Shown here: in pieces, positions 37,041-43,624 of the stretch | How positions within the stretch are numbered: position 1 is the first letter of the stretch | How the letters are laid out: the number at the start of each line of letters is the position of its first letter | Origin: Syntrophomonadaceae bacterium | GTDB lineage: Bacteria > Bacillota > Dethiobacteria > DTU022 | NCBI GenBank assembly: GCA_007119615.1 | Contig: SKPH01000006.1 | Coordinates: 1-43,624, forward strand | Length of the DNA stretch: 43,624 nt | Direction of reading: 5' to 3' | Program-made: the position numbers and the translations under genes | Notes under the pieces: generated by a model | The model's database searches: none | What the model was told of the DNA's origin: nothing | Seen by the model: the letters and a program-made list of their open reading frames with translations, nothing else

Positions 37041-37093
37041 ACAAAAAGCTGACAGGGCCTTTTTCGGTATAGCCGGTATGGCCCTGATTCAGC
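37041..37093 (-). terminator. putative intrinsic terminator between DUF2273 and nusB
   Basis: Minus strand GCTGA(AT)CAGGGCC...GGCCCTGTCAGC followed by TTTTTGT. Confidence 0.5.
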
Positions 37094-37101
37094 CATAACG
37101 T

Positions 37102-37329
37102 TTAATTATCTTCTTTTGGAGAAAATAGCCGGCGGAAAAAACGGCCTATATTTTTATTTACTTCCAACCGCCACCCGATCAATAACCCTGCCCCGATGGA
37201 AAGGAAAATAAATATGCTCACCCAAAAACCGTAGTTGATGACCAGGAGGGCAAAAACCAGTCCGAAGAAGCCTCCTAAAATTTTACCCCAGTGTTTATTG
37301 ATTAATACCCACCAGTTTAAATCTGACAT
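37102..37329 (-). CDS. DUF2273 small integral membrane protein
   Basis: HWGKILGGFFGLVFALL...GFW..IFI..G..IG; conserved asp23-amaP-DUF2273-nusB order. Confidence 0.82.
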   Translation of the reverse strand: MSDLNWWVLINKHWGKILGGFFGLVFALLVINYGFWVSIFIFLSIGAGLLIGWRLEVNKNIGRFFRRLFSPKEDN

Positions 37330-37361
37330 AGTATGCTCCCTCCTTGCAAGCTATTAACCGC

Positions 37362-37895
37362 TTATTTTTTGGAAGCGGCCTGATCCATATTAACATTTTC
37401 TACTATAATCTTTACTTCCGAGACTGTGACTCCTGTAATTTCTTCGATATATTCTTTTGTTCTTGATTGAAGATCGTTTATCAAATCGGGAAGAGCCAGG
37501 TCGGGCATAACTGTGATCCGGATCCGGATCACTAAACCATCAGGTGTGAAAACAACATTTCTGCCGGCATCTTTAATGCCCCGGGTCTGCTGTACAACAC
37601 GCAGAACCATATTTTCAACTGCAGTGATCGAGATTAAAACTTCGCCGTACTCACTGCCTTTTAAAACGGCGGTACCAACCTTCTTTTTCGAGGAACGAAA
37701 ACCCAGCGCAAGCAAAATCAGGGCAATGAGCAGCAAAGCTGCTCCTACAACTAACATCACGTTTTCGTCAGCCCACGCCGGCAACTCTACCTGCAGGCCC
37801 GGCAGCAAGTCGTAATTAACAACCAGCAGGAAAAGGGCCCCTCCAATGAACAGAAGTCCCAGGAATACAAGTAAAATGCGGGTAAATGTTTTCAT
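37362..37895 (-). CDS. amaP: alkaline shock response membrane anchor protein AmaP
   Basis: Two N-terminal TM helices, GEV.IS..AVE, C-terminal Asp23-like LQ..K..IEEITG..V.EV; follows asp23. Confidence 0.8.
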   Translation of the reverse strand: MKTFTRILLVFLGLLFIGGALFLLVVNYDLLPGLQVELPAWADENVMLVVGAALLLIALILLALGFRSSKKKVGTAVLKGSEYGEVLISITAVENMVLRVVQQTRGIKDAGRNVVFTPDGLVIRIRITVMPDLALPDLINDLQSRTKEYIEEITGVTVSEVKIIVENVNMDQAASKK

Positions 37896-37928
37896 GCCAA
37901 CTCCCCCTTAAATATCACTCATTATCCT

Positions 37929-38354
37929 TTAATTCTCTGTTTCTTCCACGACTTCCTCGACTTCTATTTCCTCTTCCGGTTCTTCTTCGTCTTTGGGGAA
38001 GTGTACGCCCTGGACGTGGACGTTTACGTGGGCTACTCGCAACCCGGTCATATCCTCGATCGCTTTTTTGACGCTCTCCTGAATATCCCAAGCCACATCC
38101 GGGATTCGTGCTCCGTAGTCAACTACAATAAAAATATCGATTTTTGCCTCTTCGGTGTCTACTTCAACTTTAACCCCTTTGGATAGGTTGCGCCGGCCAA
38201 GGACCTCTGCGATACCCCCGCCAATGCCACCGCTCATCGAGGAAACACCTTCAATTTCTGTAGCGGCGAGGCCGGCAATGATTGATACCACTTCTTCGGC
38301 AATTTTGACAACACCTAATTCAGATGGTAATTTTCGGCTTTCTTCCTGAGTCAT
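37929..38354 (-). CDS. Asp23/Gls24 family envelope stress response protein (YqhY-like)
   Basis: GVVKIAEEVVSIIAGLAATEIEGV, KGVKVEV, V.YG..IPDVA..IQE.VK..IE.MTGL.V..VNVHVQGV. Confidence 0.92.
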   Translation of the reverse strand: MTQEESRKLPSELGVVKIAEEVVSIIAGLAATEIEGVSSMSGGIGGGIAEVLGRRNLSKGVKVEVDTEEAKIDIFIVVDYGARIPDVAWDIQESVKKAIEDMTGLRVAHVNVHVQGVHFPKDEEEPEEEIEVEEVVEETEN

Positions 38355-38410
38355 TTTCCGATACCTCCTGTATTAAAATATGGTCCAAATACCTGATTTC
38401 TACTGTTTTA

Positions 38411-38439
38411 ATTATATCAGACTCAAACAGCCTGTTCAA
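38411..38439 (-). promoter_or_regulatory. sigma-A promoter (extended -10) for the asp23 operon
   Basis: TTGAAC (38439-38434), 17 nt ending TGA, TATAAT (38416-38411). Confidence 0.75.
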
Positions 38440-38483
38440 TTTTATCGGTTGGCACGGCATGAAAAGAGGTAGTTTTCTTTAAC

Positions 38484-38939
38484 CTATTCTTCTTTTTCTT
38501 CAGTCTCCTCAGGGAGATCTTCAGACTCCACATCCCAATCCTCGTCATCGACCAGAACTACTTCACCGCATCCCGGGCAGGTCACTTCAATTGAGGATTC
38601 CTGATCCAGGATATCATCATCGACTACTACAATCTCACGGCAATTAGGGCATTCCAGGGAAAAACCGCTTTCAAAGTCGTCTTCGTAGTCTTCATCATAG
38701 AGTTCTTCTTCATCTTCGTAAAAATCGTCTTCCAGGTCTGTAAGATCGTCATCTATGGCCTCGGTATATTCAAACAGTTCTTCGTAATCAACTCTGAGCT
38801 GCTCAATCTCGTCAGTCATCTCTTCGAGCAGATCGACGATCCTCTGCAATACCTTCTGTTCCTTGCTTTCCTCACCAAGTTCCAGTCCTTCAGTGAATCC
38901 TCTCAGGTAGGATACGCGTGCTTTCAGATCTTCAGTCAT
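38484..38939 (-). CDS. CD1247-like acidic protein with C-terminal zinc ribbon
   Basis: LKARVSYLRG..EGL, acidic coiled coil, CPNC...CPGC; usual position after efp. Confidence 0.78.
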   Translation of the reverse strand: MTEDLKARVSYLRGFTEGLELGEESKEQKVLQRIVDLLEEMTDEIEQLRVDYEELFEYTEAIDDDLTDLEDDFYEDEEELYDEDYEDDFESGFSLECPNCREIVVVDDDILDQESSIEVTCPGCGEVVLVDDEDWDVESEDLPEETEEKEE

Positions 38940-38974
38940 TCGGGGTCCCTCCCATAATATAATTTATTCGGCTG

Positions 38975-39532
38975 TTAAGCCCTTTCAATATAATTGCCTG
39001 TACGGGTATCTACTTTTATTGAATCGCCGCTGTCAACAAACAGGGGCACCTGGACAACCAGGCCGGTTTCCAGTGTTGCAGGCTTGGTAGCGCCTGATGC
39101 GGTATCGCCTTTTATTCCCGGCTCTGCTTCGGTGACTTTCAGGGTCACCGTTAAAGGTGTGTCGACACCGACAACTTCCTCGCCGTACATTAGCACGTTC
39201 AGACGGTCGTTTTCTTTCAGATATTTTACTCCATCGCCAATCTGTCCTGCAGACAGGGCGATTTGTTCGTACGACTCCATGTCCATCATGTGGAACATAT
39301 CATCATCGCGATACAGAAATTCCATCTCCCTGCGCTCCAGATGAGCCCTGGCAACCTTTTCTCCGGCCCGAAAAGTTCGATCAACGATTGATCCCGTTCG
39401 CATATTTTTCAGTTTTGTGCGCACAAATGCAGCGCCTTTTCCCGGTTTCACATGCTGGAATTCCAATACGTTATAAATCTCCCCCTCCAATTCAATCGTT
39501 ATTCCTGTATGAAACTCGTTGGTTGATATCAT
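38975..39532 (-). CDS. efp: elongation factor P
   Basis: [49 protein letters not shown]. Confidence 0.97.
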   Translation of the reverse strand: MISTNEFHTGITIELEGEIYNVLEFQHVKPGKGAAFVRTKLKNMRTGSIVDRTFRAGEKVARAHLERREMEFLYRDDDMFHMMDMESYEQIALSAGQIGDGVKYLKENDRLNVLMYGEEVVGVDTPLTVTLKVTEAEPGIKGDTASGATKPATLETGLVVQVPLFVDSGDSIKVDTRTGNYIERA

Positions 39533-39558
39533 GCTTATTCCTGCCCTTCATCCTGTTC

Positions 39559-40623
39559 TCAAATTACTATCAGTTCGCGGCTGCTGTTTGTTAATATCTC
39601 CGGTCCATTATCTGTTACACAAACCATATCTTCGATTCGCACACCGCCCCAGCCGGGAATGTAAATACCAGGCTCTACAGTTACTACCATCCCCGGTTTC
39701 AGGATAGTCTTGCTGCGGGGGTTAAGGACAGGTTGCTCGTGGGTTTCCATACCGACACCATGCCCCAATCCGTGACCGAAATAGCTTTCGTACCCGGCTT
39801 CGCTGATAATTTCACGGGCCACAGCATCAACTTCACTGCACTGCAGGCCGGCTTTTACAGCCGCTGCCGATTTTTCCTGCGCCCTGTACACAATATCATA
39901 AATTTCACGGCTGCGCTCATCAATTGAACCGAGAGCAACAGTTCTGGTCATATCGGTGGCATAACCTTCAAAAACTGCGCCAAAATCTATGGTTACCAAT
40001 TCTCCTTTTTCCATTACTTTCCCGGAAGCCGTTCCATGCGGCAGGGCGCCACGTTTTCCTGATGCGACAATAAAGCGAAAGCTAGTTTCGTCCGCCCCGT
40101 GCTTAAGAAAGAAAACTTCAAGTTCAACAGCAAGCTCTTTTTCCGGCATACCGGGCCTGATCTTTGATTGGATAAAATCAAAAGCCCGATCGGTAACTTC
40201 GGTTCCGCGGCGTAAAATATCAAGCTCGGCATCACTTTTGATAATACGAAGTTTTTCTACGGTTTCATCGAGGGGAATAAGTTCAACGGGAAGCTTCTCT
40301 TTCATTTCTCCGTAAACAGAATAGACGACATGTTTAGATTCAAAGCCCAGTTTCATCCATCCGGCATCTTCAACCAGGGGGACAAGGCATTTATAGAGGT
40401 CATCTTTCCAGCGGAAAATCGTAAACTGCGGAGCCTGGGCGGCTGCCTGTTCAATGTAGCGAAAATCTGTTACCAGGTAAGCTTCATCGGAGCTGACCAG
40501 CAGCGCCCCGGCAGTTCCGCTAAATCCGCTCAGGTAATGGCGGTTTACGGGGTTGGTTACAATAATTGCATCAACATTATTCTGATCCAGCAGTTCCCTG
40601 AACTTCTTCAATCGCTCTGACAT
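39559..40623 (-). CDS. Xaa-Pro aminopeptidase (M24)
   Basis: YLSGFSG, TDFRY, ALPHG, DFG....Y.TDMTRT, HGLGHGVG.ETHE.P, TVEPGIY...GGVRIED. Confidence 0.93.
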   Translation of the reverse strand: MSERLKKFRELLDQNNVDAIIVTNPVNRHYLSGFSGTAGALLVSSDEAYLVTDFRYIEQAAAQAPQFTIFRWKDDLYKCLVPLVEDAGWMKLGFESKHVVYSVYGEMKEKLPVELIPLDETVEKLRIIKSDAELDILRRGTEVTDRAFDFIQSKIRPGMPEKELAVELEVFFLKHGADETSFRFIVASGKRGALPHGTASGKVMEKGELVTIDFGAVFEGYATDMTRTVALGSIDERSREIYDIVYRAQEKSAAAVKAGLQCSEVDAVAREIISEAGYESYFGHGLGHGVGMETHEQPVLNPRSKTILKPGMVVTVEPGIYIPGWGGVRIEDMVCVTDNGPEILTNSSRELIVI

Positions 40624-40632
40624 AGTTCCGCC

Positions 40633-41079
40633 CTAACTTTTCTTTATTATATTTACAAGAGCTTCCAGCCCCAAAAGGTAACTGTCCAGGCCCAGGCCGT
40701 AAATCAAGCCGTCTGCAATTGGAGAAACAACCGAATGGTGCCTGAATGGTTCACGGGCAAATACATTGGTCAAATGGATTTCGACCAGGGGCAGGCCGGA
40801 GGCAATCAGTGCATCCCGAAGAGCATAACTGTAATGGGTCAGGGCAGCAGGATTAATAAGAATGCCCCGGTAGTTTTCTGTGCTATCATGTATGTGGTCA
40901 ATTAAAGCTCCCTCATGATTTGACTGGTGACAATCAACTTCGATATCCAGGGATTTTCCGCGTTTTTTCAGTTCATTGTTAATTTCATCCAGGGTGAACT
41001 CGCCGTAAACATCCGGTTCCCTGCTCCCCAGTAAATTTAGGTTTGGACCATGCAGCACGAGCACTTTTTCCACCGGCAT
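40633..41079 (-). CDS. aroQ: type II 3-dehydroquinate dehydratase
   Basis: HGPNLNLLGSREPDVYG, QSNHEG, NPAALTHYS.ALRDA, EIHLTN..ARE.FRH.S. Confidence 0.96.
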   Translation of the reverse strand: MPVEKVLVLHGPNLNLLGSREPDVYGEFTLDEINNELKKRGKSLDIEVDCHQSNHEGALIDHIHDSTENYRGILINPAALTHYSYALRDALIASGLPLVEIHLTNVFAREPFRHHSVVSPIADGLIYGLGLDSYLLGLEALVNIIKKS

Positions 41080-41114
41080 ATTATTGATGCCTCCCTGTTA
41101 AGCCTGTTAATTTT

Positions 41115-41142
41115 ATTCCTCCGGCAGGCAATAAAATCCTGC
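41115..41142 (-). promoter_or_regulatory. sigma-H-like promoter upstream of aroQ-pepP-efp
   Basis: GCAGGATTTT...GAATA: AGGA (41140-41137), 18 nt, GAAT (41118-41115). Confidence 0.5.
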
Positions 41143-41163
41143 CGCGTCAGGAAATAATATCTC

Positions 41164-41688
41164 CTAAAGCTTTAATTTTTCCTCTATTTCCCGTACTATT
41201 TGCGACGCCGTTTTACCGGATGTATCAATGCTGAGATCACAACAGTTATAATACTGCCTGCGTTCTTCAAGCAGTTTTTTGATCTTGCCGGGGATATCCG
41301 GTCCCTTCAGCAGGGGTCGTATCCCAGTTTTGCCCGATCGTTTCATGATATCATGTGGCGATGCAGTTAGCAGAATCAGCAAGCCGGTTTTTTTAAGCCG
41401 GATTCGATTTGCCTCGCTCAACAAGACACCGCCTCCTGTCGCCACAACAAGGCTGCCGGCAGGATATCTATCAAGGCCGGTAATTATTTCACTCTCCAGC
41501 TCCCTGAAATAAGGCTCACCAAACTGCTCAAAAATCTGGTCGATTTTTAAGCCGGTCATATCCTCAACCACCCGGTCGGTATCGATGAAGCTCCTGCCTA
41601 TGCGTAGAGCCAGCTTTTTTCCAACAGTTGTTTTGCCGGTTGCCATAAAACCGGCCAGGATGATATTTGTATTTCCGGTATCACCCAT
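41164..41688 (-). CDS. aroK: shikimate kinase
   Basis: GFMATGKTTVG, DTD, GE.YFRELE, VATGGG, RPLL, R...Y. Confidence 0.94.
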   Translation of the reverse strand: MGDTGNTNIILAGFMATGKTTVGKKLALRIGRSFIDTDRVVEDMTGLKIDQIFEQFGEPYFRELESEIITGLDRYPAGSLVVATGGGVLLSEANRIRLKKTGLLILLTASPHDIMKRSGKTGIRPLLKGPDIPGKIKKLLEERRQYYNCCDLSIDTSGKTASQIVREIEEKLKL

Positions 41689-41714
41689 AATCTGCTTATT
41701 CCTCCCCGAACCTG

Positions 41715-42215
41715 TCAGTTTGACGGAGGTTGGTCAGAAATTCTTACCCGCCCCGTTGCAGGTGTAACGATTATATAGATCAATTGATCATTTTCAGCAA
41801 TGAGCGCGACCGTTCCGCCCTGGTTTGGAGCCCCGCTGCGTTGAAAACTAAGCAAAGGGTAACCACTTCCGGAAGGAAAATTTGTCGAGCTATAACGTAC
41901 ACCTTCAGGAAGCTTTACGGTATATCTTTCCCCGGTTTTGCCATCTGTTACCCGGTAGTCATTGACAGATAGACGCATTTCAATAAGCTGGGTCCAGCCG
42001 ACGGTGATCGCTTTCTGCTGGGCTTTACGCATATCCATTGCCATACCACGGGCAGCCAGTTCAAGATTCCGTCCTCTGCCCATGCCGGTAACAGCCGGGG
42101 TTGCAATCAAGACTATTAAACTGAGCAGGGCTATTACGCATACTAGCTCGACCAGGGTAAATCCCGTTTCACTTTTTTTTCCTGTCCCGGCCCGGTATAA
42201 TATTTTCCGGATCAT
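41715..42215 (-). CDS. type IV (pseudo)pilin, ComGD/FimT/GspH-like
   Basis: Class III signal peptide KKSETG|FTLVEL followed by a hydrophobic helix; C-terminal F..SGAP..GGT and TGRVRI. Confidence 0.85.
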   Translation of the reverse strand: MIRKILYRAGTGKKSETGFTLVELVCVIALLSLIVLIATPAVTGMGRGRNLELAARGMAMDMRKAQQKAITVGWTQLIEMRLSVNDYRVTDGKTGERYTVKLPEGVRYSSTNFPSGSGYPLLSFQRSGAPNQGGTVALIAENDQLIYIIVTPATGRVRISDQPPSN

Positions 42216-42223
42216 TTACAGGC

Positions 42224-43624
42224 TTAACTCCTGTTCAGACGGGACAACACTGCAATATTGCCGCTGTCACCGATAATTTTTGGGTCGGAAATGCTGCTAA
42301 AGGTTGTTCTGACAATTTCATCAACCGTGGACAAGCCTGCTTCGACACAACGCAGACCATCTTGCACCATGGTGAGCATTCCATTTTCAACAGCTTTTTT
42401 TTGCAGTGCATCCGTAGTTGATTTTCTTAAAATCATATCCGTCAGGTCATCATCTACTACAAATACTTCATGGACCGCGGTCCGACCCCTATAGCCGGTA
42501 TTGTTGCAATATTTGCACTTCATACCGCGTTTCAACCTGGGCGGAGGATCTTTATGGAAAAAGTGCCGGTAAAAATATTTATCTTCGTCACCGGGCACAT
42601 ACTCACTGATACAATGGGAACATATTTTTCTTACCAGTCTCTGCCCGACCACACCCATCAGCGAAGCGGTAATCAGGTATTCCTGAAGGCCCATATCTGC
42701 CAGGCGGGTTACGGCCCCTGCGGCGTTATTGGTATGCAGCGTGCTTAAAACCAGGTGCCCGGTAAAAGCTGCCTGGGCGGTTATCCGAGCGGTTTCGAGG
42801 TCTCTTATTTCACCGACCATGATAATATTCGGATCCTGGCGGAGGATCGAACGCAGGGCGTTGGCGAAATCACGGTTTATCCGCGGATTAATCTGGACCT
42901 GGTTTACTCCCTTTAACCGGTATTCAACCGGATCTTCAACGGTCACGATATTGTCATGAGGCCGGTTCAGATAATTAAGAGTCGAATATAAAGTAGTTGT
43001 TTTACCGCATCCGGTCGGGCCGGTGACCAGCACAAGACCACAGCGGTTAAGCAGCAGGCGCTTGAAAGCATGATAATTATATTTGGAAAAACCCAGTTTA
43101 TCAAGGGACAGGATGATTTTTTCCTTTTCCAGGAGGCGGATTACCACTTTTTCACCATAAATAGTAGGCAGAGTGGAAACCCGCATGCTAATCCCTTCCC
43201 CGGCGCCCTTCCACGCGATATTTCCATCCTGGGACAGTCTTCGTTCGGCGATATCCAGGTTGGCCATGATTTTTACCCTCGAGATTATATTGGCCTGGGT
43301 GTGCCTGGGTGGAGCAGCCAGGTCATGCAGAACTCCGTCCAGGCGCAGCCTGATACGCAAACCTTCATCGGATGGCTCAATGTGAATATCACTGGCCCCC
43401 TCTTCGATCGCTCTCTGGATGAAGGAGTTAACAACCCTGACCACCGGCGCGTTATCTTGCTGCTGCCCGGTAAATTCCGTAGTTCGGGCCGGTTGAATTG
43501 TTTCCGGTTCCGGTTGGCCATCACCTGTTTTGTTCTCGCTTCCTGTCTCTCCAATACTGTAATACTGGGTAAGGAGATAATTTACGGTACTTTCCCTGAC
43601 TGCAACCGGATATACTTCCGATCC
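42224..43624 (-). CDS. GspE/PilB/ComGA-family assembly ATPase (5'-partial, runs off the window)
   Basis: The frame stays open from 43624 (GSEVYPVAVRE...DNAPVVRVVN). ASDIHIEP, Walker A GPTGCGKTTT, TVEDPVE, LRQDPNIIMVGEIRD, TGHLVLSTLHTN, Zn motif CSHC/CKYC. Confidence 0.93.
   Translation of the reverse strand, partial: GSEVYPVAVRESTVNYLLTQYYSIGETGSENKTGDGQPEPETIQPARTTEFTGQQQDNAPVVRVVNSFIQRAIEEGASDIHIEPSDEGLRIRLRLDGVLHDLAAPPRHTQANIISRVKIMANLDIAERRLSQDGNIAWKGAGEGISMRVSTLPTIYGEKVVIRLLEKEKIILSLDKLGFSKYNYHAFKRLLLNRCGLVLVTGPTGCGKTTTLYSTLNYLNRPHDNIVTVEDPVEYRLKGVNQVQINPRINRDFANALRSILRQDPNIIMVGEIRDLETARITAQAAFTGHLVLSTLHTNNAAGAVTRLADMGLQEYLITASLMGVVGQRLVRKICSHCISEYVPGDEDKYFYRHFFHKDPPPRLKRGMKCKYCNNTGYRGRTAVHEVFVVDDDLTDMILRKSTTDALQKKAVENGMLTMVQDGLRCVEAGLSTVDEIVRTTFSSISDPKIIGDSGNIAVLSRLNRS

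Noticed and set aside
1-43624. CRISPR arrays, IS elements, prophage genes, rRNA, and the many other 60-240-aa antisense ORFs in the track
   Set aside because: No regularly spaced repeats, transposase or phage motifs, or rRNA signatures were seen. The antisense ORFs overlap well-supported genes and carry no recognisable motifs.

Overview
Core-chromosome segment of an anaerobic Bacillota (Clostridia/Dethiobacteria-like; the lineage is inferred from gene content and order). Almost everything is on the minus strand. In transcription order (right to left): pilB-type ATPase (5'-partial), pilin, aroK, aroQ, Xaa-Pro peptidase, efp, CD1247-like, asp23, amaP, DUF2273, nusB, tsaD-like, a SfrB/FdhB-like flavoprotein and a SfrA/FdhA-like Fe-S protein, xseA, xseB, ispA, fchA, folD, OLE RNA, oapA, dxs, tlyA, nadK, recN, acyl-CoA dehydrogenase, nudF, xerD, DHH-CBS-tRNA nucleotidyltransferase, site-2 protease, trpS, scpA, scpB, rluB, aroH, cmk, plsC, ispH-rpsA fusion, fni, DUF512, der, plsY, HD protein. 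A second plsY lies on the plus strand, and tRNA-Pro(GGG) lies at the left end. The main element the ORF track does not show is a ~560-nt OLE (ornate, large, extremophilic) non-coding RNA at 26645-27205, with its own consensus sigma-A promoter and the partner gene oapA. Unusual aspects: (1) a one-carbon/redox module embedded in the OLE operon, made of fchA, a FolD lacking the cyclohydrolase residues, and a formate-dehydrogenase-like pair whose large subunit lacks the catalytic Sec/Cys-His; (2) a strong internal ribosome-binding site and a long acidic repeat linker in ispH-rpsA; (3) absence of the sporulation genes normally interleaved in this region, while several sigma-H-like promoters remain. 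I saw no mobile element, CRISPR array or rRNA. All calls come from reading motifs by eye; no database searches were run.
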